A stretch of 34,686 bases of DNA from Chromatiales bacterium (GTDB lineage: Bacteria; Pseudomonadota; Gammaproteobacteria; SZUA-152): assembly GCA_026999335.1 (NCBI GenBank), contig JALTPW010000176.1:1-34686 (forward strand). The letters are read 5' to 3'. This document shows positions 27,164 through 34,686 of this stretch, in pieces. Positions within the stretch are counted from its first letter, which is position 1, and each line of letters opens with the position of its first letter. The notes under the pieces were generated by a model. The model saw only the letters and a program-made list of their open reading frames with translations, did not search any database and was not told the origin of the DNA. A program made the translations under genes and the position numbers.

Positions 27164-27885
27164 TGACCACCTCCGTTAGCTCTGTTAGACTGTCTAAAAA
27201 AACACCAATTACATAGATTGGACGGGCGCGGCGCAAAGCATGTGTCGGATAGCATCGGCTTTACTCGCCGTTCCCATGCACTGATCAAATCATCGAGCTG
27301 GTCGCGGGTGTAGAAGATAGCCGGTTCATCAGGCCCCGGGTGTGTCTGTCCAATATCGAGGTAGACCAATTCAGCGCGCACCCGCTCGACATCGACACAT
27401 GATAACAACCCGCCAAGAGCGTATAATTGCAGCTGTTCCAAATACTCCGCGTGCTTCTCAGGCCGATATTTGCCAGTTTTCCAATCGCGTACGATCAGCT
27501 CATTACCACTTCGCTCGGCACAGTCGACCTTAATACGCACCCGGCATCCAGACCAATCGTCCCAAGTCGTCGGTGTCCAAGATGCAGTAAAGGCCCAAGT
27601 ATCTTCGATAATCAGCGAACCATCCCGCTTTGAAAATTTTCGGCGAAGACGTCTAAACAGCTTACTGAATTGTCGTAGCTCATTGGGCAAACTATCTAGC
27701 TCACCCTTAATGAACGCTTCAGCTAAGTTGTGAATTTCAACGCCACGCTGCATGGCAGCATTAGGCGGCTCTTTAATACGATCAATAAATTTCAGTTTAG
27801 CCTTTAGCGGACACTGTTGGTAATCCGCATATCGGCTAAACGACCAACTTGTGATATTCTGCACAAAGTTCTCCTTTCTTGTCAT
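27148..27885 (-). CDS. PD-(D/E)XK nuclease, Cas4/RecB-like
   Basis: WSFSR..QCP, RGVEIH, KVD..DWKTG, QLQLYA, C-terminal CNWC..C; start may be GTG at 27864. Confidence 0.85.
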   Translation of the reverse strand: MTRKENFVQNITSWSFSRYADYQQCPLKAKLKFIDRIKEPPNAAMQRGVEIHNLAEAFIKGELDSLPNELRQFSKLFRRLRRKFSKRDGSLIIEDTWAFTASWTPTTWDDWSGCRVRIKVDCAERSGNELIVRDWKTGKYRPEKHAEYLEQLQLYALGGLLSCVDVERVRAELVYLDIGQTHPGPDEPAIFYTRDQLDDLISAWERRVKPMLSDTCFAPRPSNLCNWCFFRQSNRANGGGQCQFY

Positions 27886-29782
27886 AGGGAATTAACTCGG
27901 CCCAGTTAGTTGTGCTAACTGAACCCTCACTCAGCATGGGAACGTCAAATTCGACTGATTCCATAGCCTCACGCAAGGCTTCCATTGCAACCTGGGTATC
28001 TTCGCGCGGCACGGACACGGTAATTTGGTCATGCACGTTTAGCGCTAGCCGCCAACTTGGACGCTTAACGTCAAAAAATCTAATTAACGCCTCCTTCGTG
28101 CAGTCGGCAGCTGAGCCTTGGATCAATACGTTAACCAGCTTATAGTCAAACTTGCGCAACTTGCCGCCAACGAGTTTGGGTGGCTCGCAGTAGTATTCAC
28201 GACCACCCCAAGTTCGAATCGGTAAGTTCAACGCAGCACGCTGCTTCATGTCACTGTACATCTCTCTTAGCCCAGGGTAGAGCTGGAGGATGGCAGATTT
28301 TAACGCTTTCGATTCCTCGACAGACATGTTATTCTTCTCCGCCAGCTTGCCAACCCCCATGCCGTAAATCAAGCCTAAATTCGTGTTCTTGACTGGTTTG
28401 CGCGGGTAATACTTCCCTCGTTTAGCAAGCTCCTCTTGCGCTGAATCATGGAAGTCAATCCACGGATTTTCAATGTACTTTTGTTGTAGTGCGCCGCCGT
28501 CGAAGTGCGCAAGAATGCGTGGTTCTTGTTGACTGTAGTCGCGGTCGATAAATACGTGCCCGTCCCACGGCACAATGTAACTGCGCACTAATGGGAGCGG
28601 CGGCAGTCCGTTAAACGGGCAACGCGGCAGGGTCTTACGTTTAACGCGATCGGTTACTTCATGCTTAAACAGCGGCTCAAATTCATTGGGGATGTTCTGG
28701 AAGTTCGGTGTTGACGAAAGTCTACCTGTCCGCGTGCCGACGTTATCCTTACCTTTAGGGCTGCGCACCTGGTTCCACTGCGTGTAAATTAGTCCACCCG
28801 ACGCCTCAGCTACGCGCAGCCAAGGCTCCATAAACGTACCGAGACACGTGGACAACTGCGCGCGATACGCGAGCACTGCGAGCAACTGTCTGTCTGATAC
28901 AGCCCGCAGGAGTGCGTCTTTATTGGTCTGGAATTTACCTGTTTTTGTGCGAAGCGCTTTGCTCTCATCAATGACCCCAGCTCGCAACATGGCGTCGAAC
29001 AACTGCGCGCCGGAATTTAGATTCACGTCATCGCCGCAATTCAACCGCCGACGCAACCACGCATCAATTCGGCGGTGCCACTGCGCGTACATTTCGACGT
29101 CAGCACGCAGCCGTGGCAAGTCAACTGGCAACCCCTGCCGCTCCATCTCGAGCAGGACCGGCAACAAGCGACGCTCACGGTCGTACGCCTCAGACATGCC
29201 GCGGTCAATTGTCTTCTTATGCAACAATTCGAACAGCGCCTCAGTGCGCTCAACGTCACCTGCCGCGTACTTCCCGACCAAGTCGCCAGGGGCGTAAGCG
29301 AGATAGCGGCCAAAGTAATGCGGACTGTTCTTAGACTTACTAATGCGGACCCCTGGAACTGGTTGGTGTTCGAGTAGCCACTCACCGACAGCATCACGCT
29401 CTTCGGCCGGCCAATTGAGCAGCCGTGCCGCGGCTTCCTTCAGCCCAAGCTCACGTTGATGAGGATCATCCAAGAACAGCAAAAACATCGTGTCGTGCAC
29501 ACGCTGCCAATTAGGCACCGCGAGCCCAAACCAAACCTCGATAACATCAAGATCAAACTTAGCGTTTTGAAACAGAACCCCGCCGCGGTGACGATACGCC
29601 TTTCGCAGCGCCTTGGCGGCCGTACCCCAACCGCAATTATTGGCTGTTGCATGGCCAAATGCATAGTACTCCGCGCGCTTACCTGGATATTTAATCGCGA
29701 CACCTACCGGTTGCGGCGGGTAGTGCGGCCTGCCCTCGATGCCGAAGGTTTCAACGTCGACGGTAACTGGCAGACGCCGCAT
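27836..29782 (-). CDS. polA: Family A DNA polymerase with 3'-5' exonuclease
   Basis: ExoI DVET, ExoII NAKFD, ExoIII YAAGD; TGRLSS..PNFQNIP, motif A DYSQQEPR, motif B KNTNLGLIYG, motif C VHD. Confidence 0.95.
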   Translation of the reverse strand: MRRLPVTVDVETFGIEGRPHYPPQPVGVAIKYPGKRAEYYAFGHATANNCGWGTAAKALRKAYRHRGGVLFQNAKFDLDVIEVWFGLAVPNWQRVHDTMFLLFLDDPHQRELGLKEAAARLLNWPAEERDAVGEWLLEHQPVPGVRISKSKNSPHYFGRYLAYAPGDLVGKYAAGDVERTEALFELLHKKTIDRGMSEAYDRERRLLPVLLEMERQGLPVDLPRLRADVEMYAQWHRRIDAWLRRRLNCGDDVNLNSGAQLFDAMLRAGVIDESKALRTKTGKFQTNKDALLRAVSDRQLLAVLAYRAQLSTCLGTFMEPWLRVAEASGGLIYTQWNQVRSPKGKDNVGTRTGRLSSTPNFQNIPNEFEPLFKHEVTDRVKRKTLPRCPFNGLPPLPLVRSYIVPWDGHVFIDRDYSQQEPRILAHFDGGALQQKYIENPWIDFHDSAQEELAKRGKYYPRKPVKNTNLGLIYGMGVGKLAEKNNMSVEESKALKSAILQLYPGLREMYSDMKQRAALNLPIRTWGGREYYCEPPKLVGGKLRKFDYKLVNVLIQGSAADCTKEALIRFFDVKRPSWRLALNVHDQITVSVPREDTQVAMEALREAMESVEFDVPMLSEGSVSTTNWAELIPYDKKGELCAEYHKLVV

Positions 29783-29957
29783 CTAACTCACCCCTCTCAC
29801 GATCAGCGCGCAACTTGTTCAACCTGCTGTGAATGCGACGCAAAAATTGACGGCGTCGCTTAGTCGCCAATTCAAACTTTAGTAAAGCAATGCATTCTTC
29901 TTCATTTGCGTGACGCAGCTCGTCATTCAATCCGCGCCAGTTGCGTAGATTCTCCAT
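29751..29957 (-). CDS. Small hypothetical protein
   Basis: 68 aa, W..LN..L....E..RR.FL.RIH.R..KLR..RER; overlaps and supplies the RBS of polA. Confidence 0.7.
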   Translation of the reverse strand: MENLRNWRGLNDELRHANEEECIALLKFELATKRRRQFLRRIHSRLNKLRADRERGELDAASASYRRR

Positions 29958-29963
29958 CTAATC

Positions 29964-29987
29964 CGCTGGGCGGTTGCCCGCCCAACG
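29964..29987 (-). terminator. GNRA-capped stem-loop after SSB-like gene
   Basis: CGTTGGGCGG-GCAA-CCGCCCAGCG on the minus strand; no U-tract. Confidence 0.5.
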
Positions 29988-30001
29988 CCTCAGGTTGTTA
30001 A

Positions 30002-30820
30002 TTAGTACTTGCGGCGGCGGCGGCGGCTGCGACGACGCGCATTGGCGCGCAAAGGCTTTTGCCGCTGCTCCTGCTGCTCGTCCAAGGAGTACGGGAAATC
30101 GATCGTCGATCGCGCCTCCTCACGTCGGGCCATAATGGCAGGCATAAGCTCATCAGGCACTTTCTGGATGGCCTCAAAAACAATCTTGAACTGCGTCTTC
30201 TGATCAGGTACCAAAGACACATGCGAAATCACGCCAAACGGCGGGCGGCGCAACGCTCCGGCCAGCTGCTTGACATAGCGGGCGTAGCCACGCACCGACG
30301 TCACCGGCAGCTTCAGAAACCCGATGTCGATCGTTTCATAGTGCACCGGATCCTCGAACAGCTCGAACCCGTTGCGAGAAAGCTGACCGGCAGGCAACAA
30401 CGCAAGACGCCTGACATTACGGCACGCCCTCCCCTTTCCGCGATCCGCTGAGCCCCACTCATTGTGGGGGCACTCAGCGCACCTACCACTCTGCGCCTGA
30501 CCGGCGTCAACGACGGCATGGTGCGGCGCCAAGTTCTCCTCCTCTTCGGCGAGCGCAAAACACGTAGGGTTTTGCGGGACGTCCGGATCATAAGGCGTGT
30601 CGTAGTACAAGTTTTCGAATACCGACGCTAGCACAATGACCGCCATCTCGTTGTTCGGCAGCGGACTGTCCTGCCAGCTGAGTACACCGCCCTGCGTAGA
30701 AAAGAACTGGCCGGCAGACGCATTGGCCTCGAGCTCGGCGGCGAGTTGGGCCTCCTTAGCCAGCTCCTCGTCCCATTTCATAATTGCCTTTGATGAACCT
30801 GAACTTCTGGACTTGCGCAT
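30002..30820 (-). CDS. Putative ssDNA-binding/annealing protein
   Basis: AGGAGG RBS; PTCF, CAECPHNEWGS..GKGRAC, LPVTS motifs; position in the replication module. Confidence 0.6.
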   Translation of the reverse strand: MRKSRSSGSSKAIMKWDEELAKEAQLAAELEANASAGQFFSTQGGVLSWQDSPLPNNEMAVIVLASVFENLYYDTPYDPDVPQNPTCFALAEEEENLAPHHAVVDAGQAQSGRCAECPHNEWGSADRGKGRACRNVRRLALLPAGQLSRNGFELFEDPVHYETIDIGFLKLPVTSVRGYARYVKQLAGALRRPPFGVISHVSLVPDQKTQFKIVFEAIQKVPDELMPAIMARREEARSTIDFPYSLDEQQEQRQKPLRANARRRSRRRRRKY

Positions 30821-30829
30821 TGTAACCTC

Positions 30830-31213
30830 CTAACGTTTTGCGACTGATAAATCTGTGATGTTGAATCGACGCACGCCCGGCACTTCTAAGCCGTGCTCCC
30901 ATTGCTCGCGCACAGCGTCGGTGGAAGGCCGCAACTTATTGGCGAGATGCGTATGGCCTTGGTTGATAACGTAGTCATAAAAGACATTGTAATCGACCAC
31001 CTCAGGCACAGCCTTAACTACCACCTCCACTTTGGCCTGGCGACCTACAACACCGCCACTGGCCTTGCTGAGGTTGTTGATAATGTGGTTTTTCAAGGCT
31101 GTTTCCTCAGCCTTCATCTTATTGACCTCACGCTGCATCTCACGACGACGCTGCCTCAATCGGTAGAGCCGGTCAGCGCATCGACTCAGATTACTCGGAA
31201 ACTTGTACTTCAT
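30830..31213 (-). CDS. Hypothetical protein (coiled coil plus VPGV motif)
   Basis: AGGAGG RBS before ATG 31213; typical neighbour of the SSB-like gene. Confidence 0.7.
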   Translation of the reverse strand: MKYKFPSNLSRCADRLYRLRQRRREMQREVNKMKAEETALKNHIINNLSKASGGVVGRQAKVEVVVKAVPEVVDYNVFYDYVINQGHTHLANKLRPSTDAVREQWEHGLEVPGVRRFNITDLSVAKR

Positions 31214-31227
31214 AACTCGCCCTCCTA

Positions 31228-31506
31228 TTACTTGTGGCATCTAGGACACCAGAGCCCGACCGTGTACAATCCACGTTGGCGAGATATGCGCCCAGTGCCG
31301 AGGCACTCAGGGCAATCAGCTGACGTTTGTGCAGCTGTTTCAGCCTCAGCCAATGCGTGCTCGTACAACGCTCGCCACTTGACGAACTCACCAGCATCCC
31401 CGCCACGATCTGGGTGGTGTTGACGCGCCAATCTGCGCCACCGCCGGCTTACCTCGTCCGGCGTGGCAGTGGGCGCTACACCAAACCGCTCACGTGCAGT
31501 CGTCAC
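31228..31506 (-). CDS. Mini J-domain protein with zinc finger
   Basis: GTG 31506 after GAGGTG; RLARQHHPDRGG (HPD); CPECLGTG and CPRC. Confidence 0.75.
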   Translation of the reverse strand: MTTARERFGVAPTATPDEVSRRWRRLARQHHPDRGGDAGEFVKWRALYEHALAEAETAAQTSADCPECLGTGRISRQRGLYTVGLWCPRCHK

Positions 31507-31717
31507 GACTGAGCACCTCGACCAATTTGTCGCAATACCATTGGGCCTTAGCCGCATCGATGGCCGGTGCGTCTTTTAGCCCGAGCCGCCAGATGTACTT
31601 AACAACTTGGCCGCGTAAGTACCCGACAAACTGCTCGCGTTCAAGACACGCCTCAAGCGCCTCAATGCACTCAACATTGCCTTGACAGTAGTGCACAGGA
31701 TTAATTTTATCATCCAT
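31490..31717 (-). CDS. DUF3310 protein (T7 gp1.7-like nucleotide kinase family)
   Basis: INPVHY..G.VECIEA..GYLRGQVVKYIWR...K...D..KAQWY. Confidence 0.85.
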   Translation of the reverse strand: MDDKINPVHYCQGNVECIEALEACLEREQFVGYLRGQVVKYIWRLGLKDAPAIDAAKAQWYCDKLVEVLSRDDCT

Positions 31718-31753
31718 AAAAATAGCACCCGCTACTTATTAGGTAGCGGGCGC
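31718..31753 (-). terminator. Rho-independent terminator
   Basis: GCGCCCGCTAC-CTAATAA-GTAGCGGGTGC followed by TATTTTT on the minus strand. Confidence 0.8.
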
Positions 31754-31761
31754 GACGTAGT

Positions 31762-32211
31762 TTAGTCCTCATTCTCCTCATCGTCCAAGATCAACAGCTT
31801 GATCAGCTGCGGCTTCTTCCAGCCATTCGGAACGGGCAAACCGCGCTCCTTGCAGATTTCGCGGAGCTCGCCGACCTTCATGGACTTATACTCGGACTCG
31901 TCGACTTCTTCATCGTCGACTTCGGAGATGTCATAGGGCACCTTGTCATCGCCAGTCGCGATGGTATTAGGAGCGCCGTCGGCTTCCTCAACAATGTCCT
32001 CGACCGCGTCGTCAGCAGGTTCCTCAACCTCGGCCAGCCGGCCACGACGGGCTGCGCGCGGAGCAACCTCCGGGGTGCCATCGCCGTCCTTGACGGCAGC
32101 AAGCAACGATGCCACGGCCTCCTTGACCAGGCCGATGACGCGCTTCCGCTCGGAAGCGACCGCTTTGTCCAACTCAGCTTCGATGATGGATTGGATCTTG
32201 TCAACACTCAT
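31762..32211 (-). CDS. Acidic protein with C-terminal Rho-N/SAP-like nucleic-acid-binding motif
   Basis: AGGAG RBS; YKSMKVGELREICKERGL..KKPQLIKLL; flanked by its own promoter and terminator. Confidence 0.75.
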   Translation of the reverse strand: MSVDKIQSIIEAELDKAVASERKRVIGLVKEAVASLLAAVKDGDGTPEVAPRAARRGRLAEVEEPADDAVEDIVEEADGAPNTIATGDDKVPYDISEVDDEEVDESEYKSMKVGELREICKERGLPVPNGWKKPQLIKLLILDDEENED

Positions 32212-32281
32212 GTAAATTCTCCTATTTAACTTGCACAGGTCTTGCTCACCGCCCCTGTGCTTAGCGGTAAACCCGGTATCA

Positions 32282-32323
32282 ATAATAGTACATAGAATCG
32301 TGTTTGTAAACTATTATTTACAA
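32282..32323 (-). promoter_or_regulatory. Sigma70 promoter with palindromic operator over -35 (second copy)
   Basis: Minus strand TTTACA-17 nt-TATTAT; palindrome TTGTAAA-N6-TTTACAA at 32304-32323. Confidence 0.78.
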
Positions 32324-34347
32324 CTTTTTTCCAAGTGGTTGGCAATTTGCCGCGCTGAGGCCCGCAGCCACTTCTCTGGGTGGCGTATAATATAGTATCT
32401 TCCCTGAGCACCGTTGGCCAAGCGGACCGGCCGACCACCTAGGGCCTGACGCACCCCGGCCCGGCTCAATTCACGGCCGAGCCCATTGGCCGTGGTGCCC
32501 GTCCGCCCTTCTGGGTCATAGAGCTGCAACAGCTCCTTGCTGGTGAACAGATCCTGCTCGAGCGTCACGTCCCCGACCCTGAGCACTTGATCCGGCGCGG
32601 CAAGTAACTGACGCACCCAACTGCCAAGGTCGCTGCGGCCGGTGTCGATCATCCGCTCCTTGGCCAGCGTGCGGTACGCCGGGGCTGCCGGGTTAAACGT
32701 CGACAAGTCAAGATCGAGCAAATACTGAAAAACGGCGCTCGCTCCGCCGCCCCCTAGCCAATTGGCATAATCGGTATAGAACTGCTCCTCCAACGGGCCG
32801 ACCAAGATTTCGTGGACAAAAAACCGTCGGTCATCATCCTCAAGAAAGAATGAGTCTGGATGCTGGCTGGTGAAGAAGTAATTAATGCAATCCGGCACCA
32901 CGTAGCTGGGGGTGTATTTCGCGTTGATGCGTAACTCTTTTTGCGTGATCATCTTTTTTAGAAAATCCGCGTCATGGCGTTTGTTTGAACCAGTCACGTC
33001 GTCACCCATAACGAACTGCTTTGATTCAGCCCACTCGTTAAAGTTGTTGTGCAGGTCAAGCTGATTGATTTCGGTGAAATTTTGCCCGTAGATTTTACCA
33101 AGCGTGTAACCAATAAGCGACTTCCCGGTGCCATGGCGGATGCCATGAAATACAACTGAGCTGAACATCTTGGTGCCTGGGTGTTGAAGTGGGTACGCGC
33201 ACCACTGGAGGAACCACGTCAACGCGGCGGGCTCAGCATCAGTAAAGAGGTGATCGAGCAACTCAAGGAATGGACTAACATCGCCTGACTTGGGTGCGCA
33301 CCCCCAACCTGGCCAGACGTTGAACTCACCATCAACGAAACGCTCAGCCCCTGGAGCATACGTGAGGCGCGCGGCCTCCAGGCGGAGCGGCCAACGTAAC
33401 CAGGCGGCGGCGGCCGAAACTGGCTTGTAACTAATGGAGCCGTCTTTCTTTAGGCTACGCTCTTGGTACTGCGCGGCGGCCTCCAAATGATCCTTGAACG
33501 CGGCAGGTGATACCTTGTTGCTCAAGTCAGTTTGGTCAATAATCAACCCAGGTTTACGGATGTAGACATATTTCTCGTTTAAGGCCCAAAGCGGACGTGA
33601 CAACCCAAGCGGCTCGGCGTCACTGAGCAGCTCACGGAACATATCAGCGGCGCGCGAACCCGCATGCACAAGGAAATCGTCGAGCCCAACTTTGTCCACC
33701 TCAGGTAATTGCGGCAGAGCAACCAGGTGGCAAAAGGCGCCGCGTCGCTGCAACTGCTCGGCTAATTCACGGAGCGCGTGGCAGACCATTGGGTTAGTGC
33801 GGAAATCGCTGTCAAAACATAGGTAGACATTGCGGCGCAACCAGTTGATTGGCTCCAAGGACGGCAGCCACTCGAGGCCGAGGCGGTGGGAGCGCCAGTT
33901 GTACACGCCGCCGAGGCCGAGGGTGGGGAACCCCTCCTTACACGCCTTAGCGGCCTTGAGCTCGCCCTCTGTGATAATGAGAGGCTCGTCGGGAGTGTCG
34001 CACAGCCCAGCCCAATCGGTGTAGTTCTGTGGGTAGTAGGCTGTTGGGACAGTGTTGGGGAGTTGGACGTACCGCACGGGCTTTTTGTCCGTGAGGGCGA
34101 CAAAATCAGTTGGGGTCTGCAAGTACCGCAGACGGAAAAATGGCTCAGCACCTGGCCAGTCCGGCAACGGCCGACCGCGGTGGTCGTAATACGCGAGCCG
34201 GAGTGACGGAACCGCTTTGAACCCTGGATGGAGTGCCGCGGTCTTTTTTGCGCTGAGCCAGTCTATTTTAAGCGCCTCTGCGTCTGTTTCTGACAGACCG
34301 GAGCTGGCCAACTTGGCTAACGCCAAGGCCCTAGTATTTTTTCGCAC
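32314..34347 (-). CDS. Primase-helicase (DUF3854 TOPRIM plus DUF5906/D5-like SF3 helicase)
   Basis: IITEGELKA, GLGGVYNW, LCFDSD, KVGLDDFL; HGIRHGTGKS, FNEW, INAKY, DDRRF; GTG start after GAGGA. Confidence 0.9.
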   Translation of the reverse strand: MRKNTRALALAKLASSGLSETDAEALKIDWLSAKKTAALHPGFKAVPSLRLAYYDHRGRPLPDWPGAEPFFRLRYLQTPTDFVALTDKKPVRYVQLPNTVPTAYYPQNYTDWAGLCDTPDEPLIITEGELKAAKACKEGFPTLGLGGVYNWRSHRLGLEWLPSLEPINWLRRNVYLCFDSDFRTNPMVCHALRELAEQLQRRGAFCHLVALPQLPEVDKVGLDDFLVHAGSRAADMFRELLSDAEPLGLSRPLWALNEKYVYIRKPGLIIDQTDLSNKVSPAAFKDHLEAAAQYQERSLKKDGSISYKPVSAAAAWLRWPLRLEAARLTYAPGAERFVDGEFNVWPGWGCAPKSGDVSPFLELLDHLFTDAEPAALTWFLQWCAYPLQHPGTKMFSSVVFHGIRHGTGKSLIGYTLGKIYGQNFTEINQLDLHNNFNEWAESKQFVMGDDVTGSNKRHDADFLKKMITQKELRINAKYTPSYVVPDCINYFFTSQHPDSFFLEDDDRRFFVHEILVGPLEEQFYTDYANWLGGGGASAVFQYLLDLDLSTFNPAAPAYRTLAKERMIDTGRSDLGSWVRQLLAAPDQVLRVGDVTLEQDLFTSKELLQLYDPEGRTGTTANGLGRELSRAGVRQALGGRPVRLANGAQGRYYIIRHPEKWLRASARQIANHLEKSCK

Positions 34348-34411
34348 TACTTATGTCCTCACATATTGTTATAACCTGCCACTCAGCAACAGGTTTCTTG
34401 GTCCTCGGCCC

Positions 34412-34511
34412 ATAAAAGAAGCAGCCCGACGGCATAGCGTGCTGAGGGAAGGGCGCCAAGTGGAGGGCGGTGAGGGCGCGAGGGGGACCACTTGGCGCGC
34501 CGCCGGGCTGC
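34412..34511 (-). other. Nested stem-loop with U-tract upstream of primase
   Basis: 13-bp outer stem (34421-34433/34499-34511), 11-bp inner stem (34453-34463/34488-34498), followed by TTCTTTTAT on the minus strand. Confidence 0.65.
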
Positions 34512-34686
34512 TACAGAATACTCTACTACAGAAATGTGTAGCAGTAAATACCTATTTTTTTGTTTATGAATCAATAAGTTGCGTCAATTCTGCTACAGAT
34601 TGCTACACTGCTACACATTTTCCTATTCCCCCTTATTTCTATTACTACTACTACTCTACTACTTTTTATAAAAATATATATAAAAT
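34508..34686. repeat. Right half of putative replication origin: iterons, IHF-like site, AT-rich tract
   Basis: CTGCTACA/TGTAGCAG repeats in both orientations; TCTGCTACAGATTGC (34589-34603) identical to 23-37; AATCAATAAGTTG (34569-34581); CTA repeats and a pure A/T tail. Confidence 0.65.

Noticed and set aside
27148-27885. Cas4-like nuclease as sign of a CRISPR system
   Set aside because: No repeat-spacer array or other cas genes; such nucleases are routine in phage replication modules.
34412-34511. tRNA gene
   Set aside because: No cloverleaf, T-loop GTTC or CCA end; kept only as an unclassified structured element.
34383-34574. 63-aa minus-strand ORF upstream of primase
   Set aside because: Runs through iterons and the hairpin, has no RBS and no motif; a leader-peptide role is unsupported.

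Overview
The window appears to be an essentially complete (~34.7 kb) tailed-phage genome, probably circularly opened inside its replication origin, because both ends carry the same repeats. The + strand (283-19633) is a P22-like podovirus morphogenesis and lysis arm: terminases, portal, scaffold, coat, gp4/gp10-like tail parts, three ejection proteins, a tailspike with an S74 chaperone, holin-like genes and an M15 endolysin. A 622-aa PcfJ-domain protein is inserted between portal and scaffold. The - strand (19664-34347) is a self-sufficient replication and nucleotide arm: TOPRIM primase-SF3 helicase, family A DNA polymerase, SSB-like protein, PD-(D/E)XK and DEDDh nucleases, TraR-like zinc finger, VRR-NUC and SNF2 helicase. 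The main highlight is a tightly coupled five-gene cluster (19926-23279): class I SAM methyltransferase, MazG-like NTP pyrophosphatase, a dNMP kinase fused to a UDG-fold domain, a thymidylate-synthase homologue with the dCMP-type Asp in place of Asn, and a dCMP deaminase. It predicts replacement of cytosine by 5mC or a further-modified cytosine, and two of its parts have no obvious explanation. Non-coding highlights are two sigma70 promoters whose -35 lies in a perfect TGTAAA-N6-TTTACA palindrome (TyrR/PhhR-box consensus), an iteron/IHF origin, a large nested stem-loop upstream of the primase, and a possible pseudoknot before the scaffold gene. No integrase, repressor, tRNA or CRISPR array was seen. 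All product calls come from motif recognition and synteny, not database searches.
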